From Octopus sinensis (taxonomy: Eukaryota): a DNA stretch of 64,000 bases. The notes under the pieces are model-generated. The model was given only the letters and a program-made list of their open reading frames with translations, was not told where the DNA came from and ran no database searches. A program made the translations under genes and the position numbers. Positions 63,884 through 64,000 of this stretch are shown here, in pieces. The DNA is taken from the NCBI RefSeq assembly GCF_006345805.1, contig NC_043005.1, positions 55,986,001 through 56,050,000 of the forward strand, read 5' to 3'. The first letter of the stretch is position 1; each line of letters begins with the position of its first letter.

Positions 63884-64000
63884 TTAACCCTTTAGCATTT
63901 AATCCAGCCCAGATATTCTATATGTTTTATGTTAAAACGGACCAGATCCAACCTCTCACACCAAACCTACATTGTCATTCTGAAAATATACACACACACC
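63884..64000. mobile_element. TTAA-flanked piggyBac-type MITE, left end
   Basis: TTAA followed by 'ccctttagcattt'. The body matches 18965-19156 and 39745-39967. Confidence 0.6.

Overview
This is a eukaryotic, AT-rich, repeat-saturated 64-kb window. From recalled SINE families it is almost certainly a coleoid cephalopod (Octopus). Nearly all ORF-track entries are translated microsatellites or SINEs. Supported content: (i) dozens of tRNA-derived SINE copies from about four families, plus RTE-LINE 3' ends with (GAT)n tails; (ii) a Penelope-like RT split by an antisense HERO-type RLE retrotransposon, a separate Penelope GIY-YIG remnant, and Dong/R4-type RLE fragments in (TAA)n microsatellites; (iii) Tc1/mariner (DD41D and mariner-type), pogo-like and TTAA-MITE relics; (iv) several foldback palindromes; (v) a phase-consistent three-exon 3' end of an unidentified minus-strand gene (9234->3904) and a CpG-rich probable first exon on + near 55-55.7 kb. 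The most notable observation is three unrelated type I hammerhead ribozyme motifs, all on the minus strand and read by eye. They sit in three different non-coding hosts: a 134-nt rod-like inverted-repeat unit (13965-14009, duplicate at 12646-12689), a core flanked by two GUC|GAGAG sites 93 nt apart (34479-34571), and a tRNA-headed SINE-like element (37571-37616). Several segments look like unpolished long-read or assembly artefacts (1045-1432, 12.1-14.4 kb duplication, 47.7-49.0 kb). Family names come from motif recognition, not database searches.
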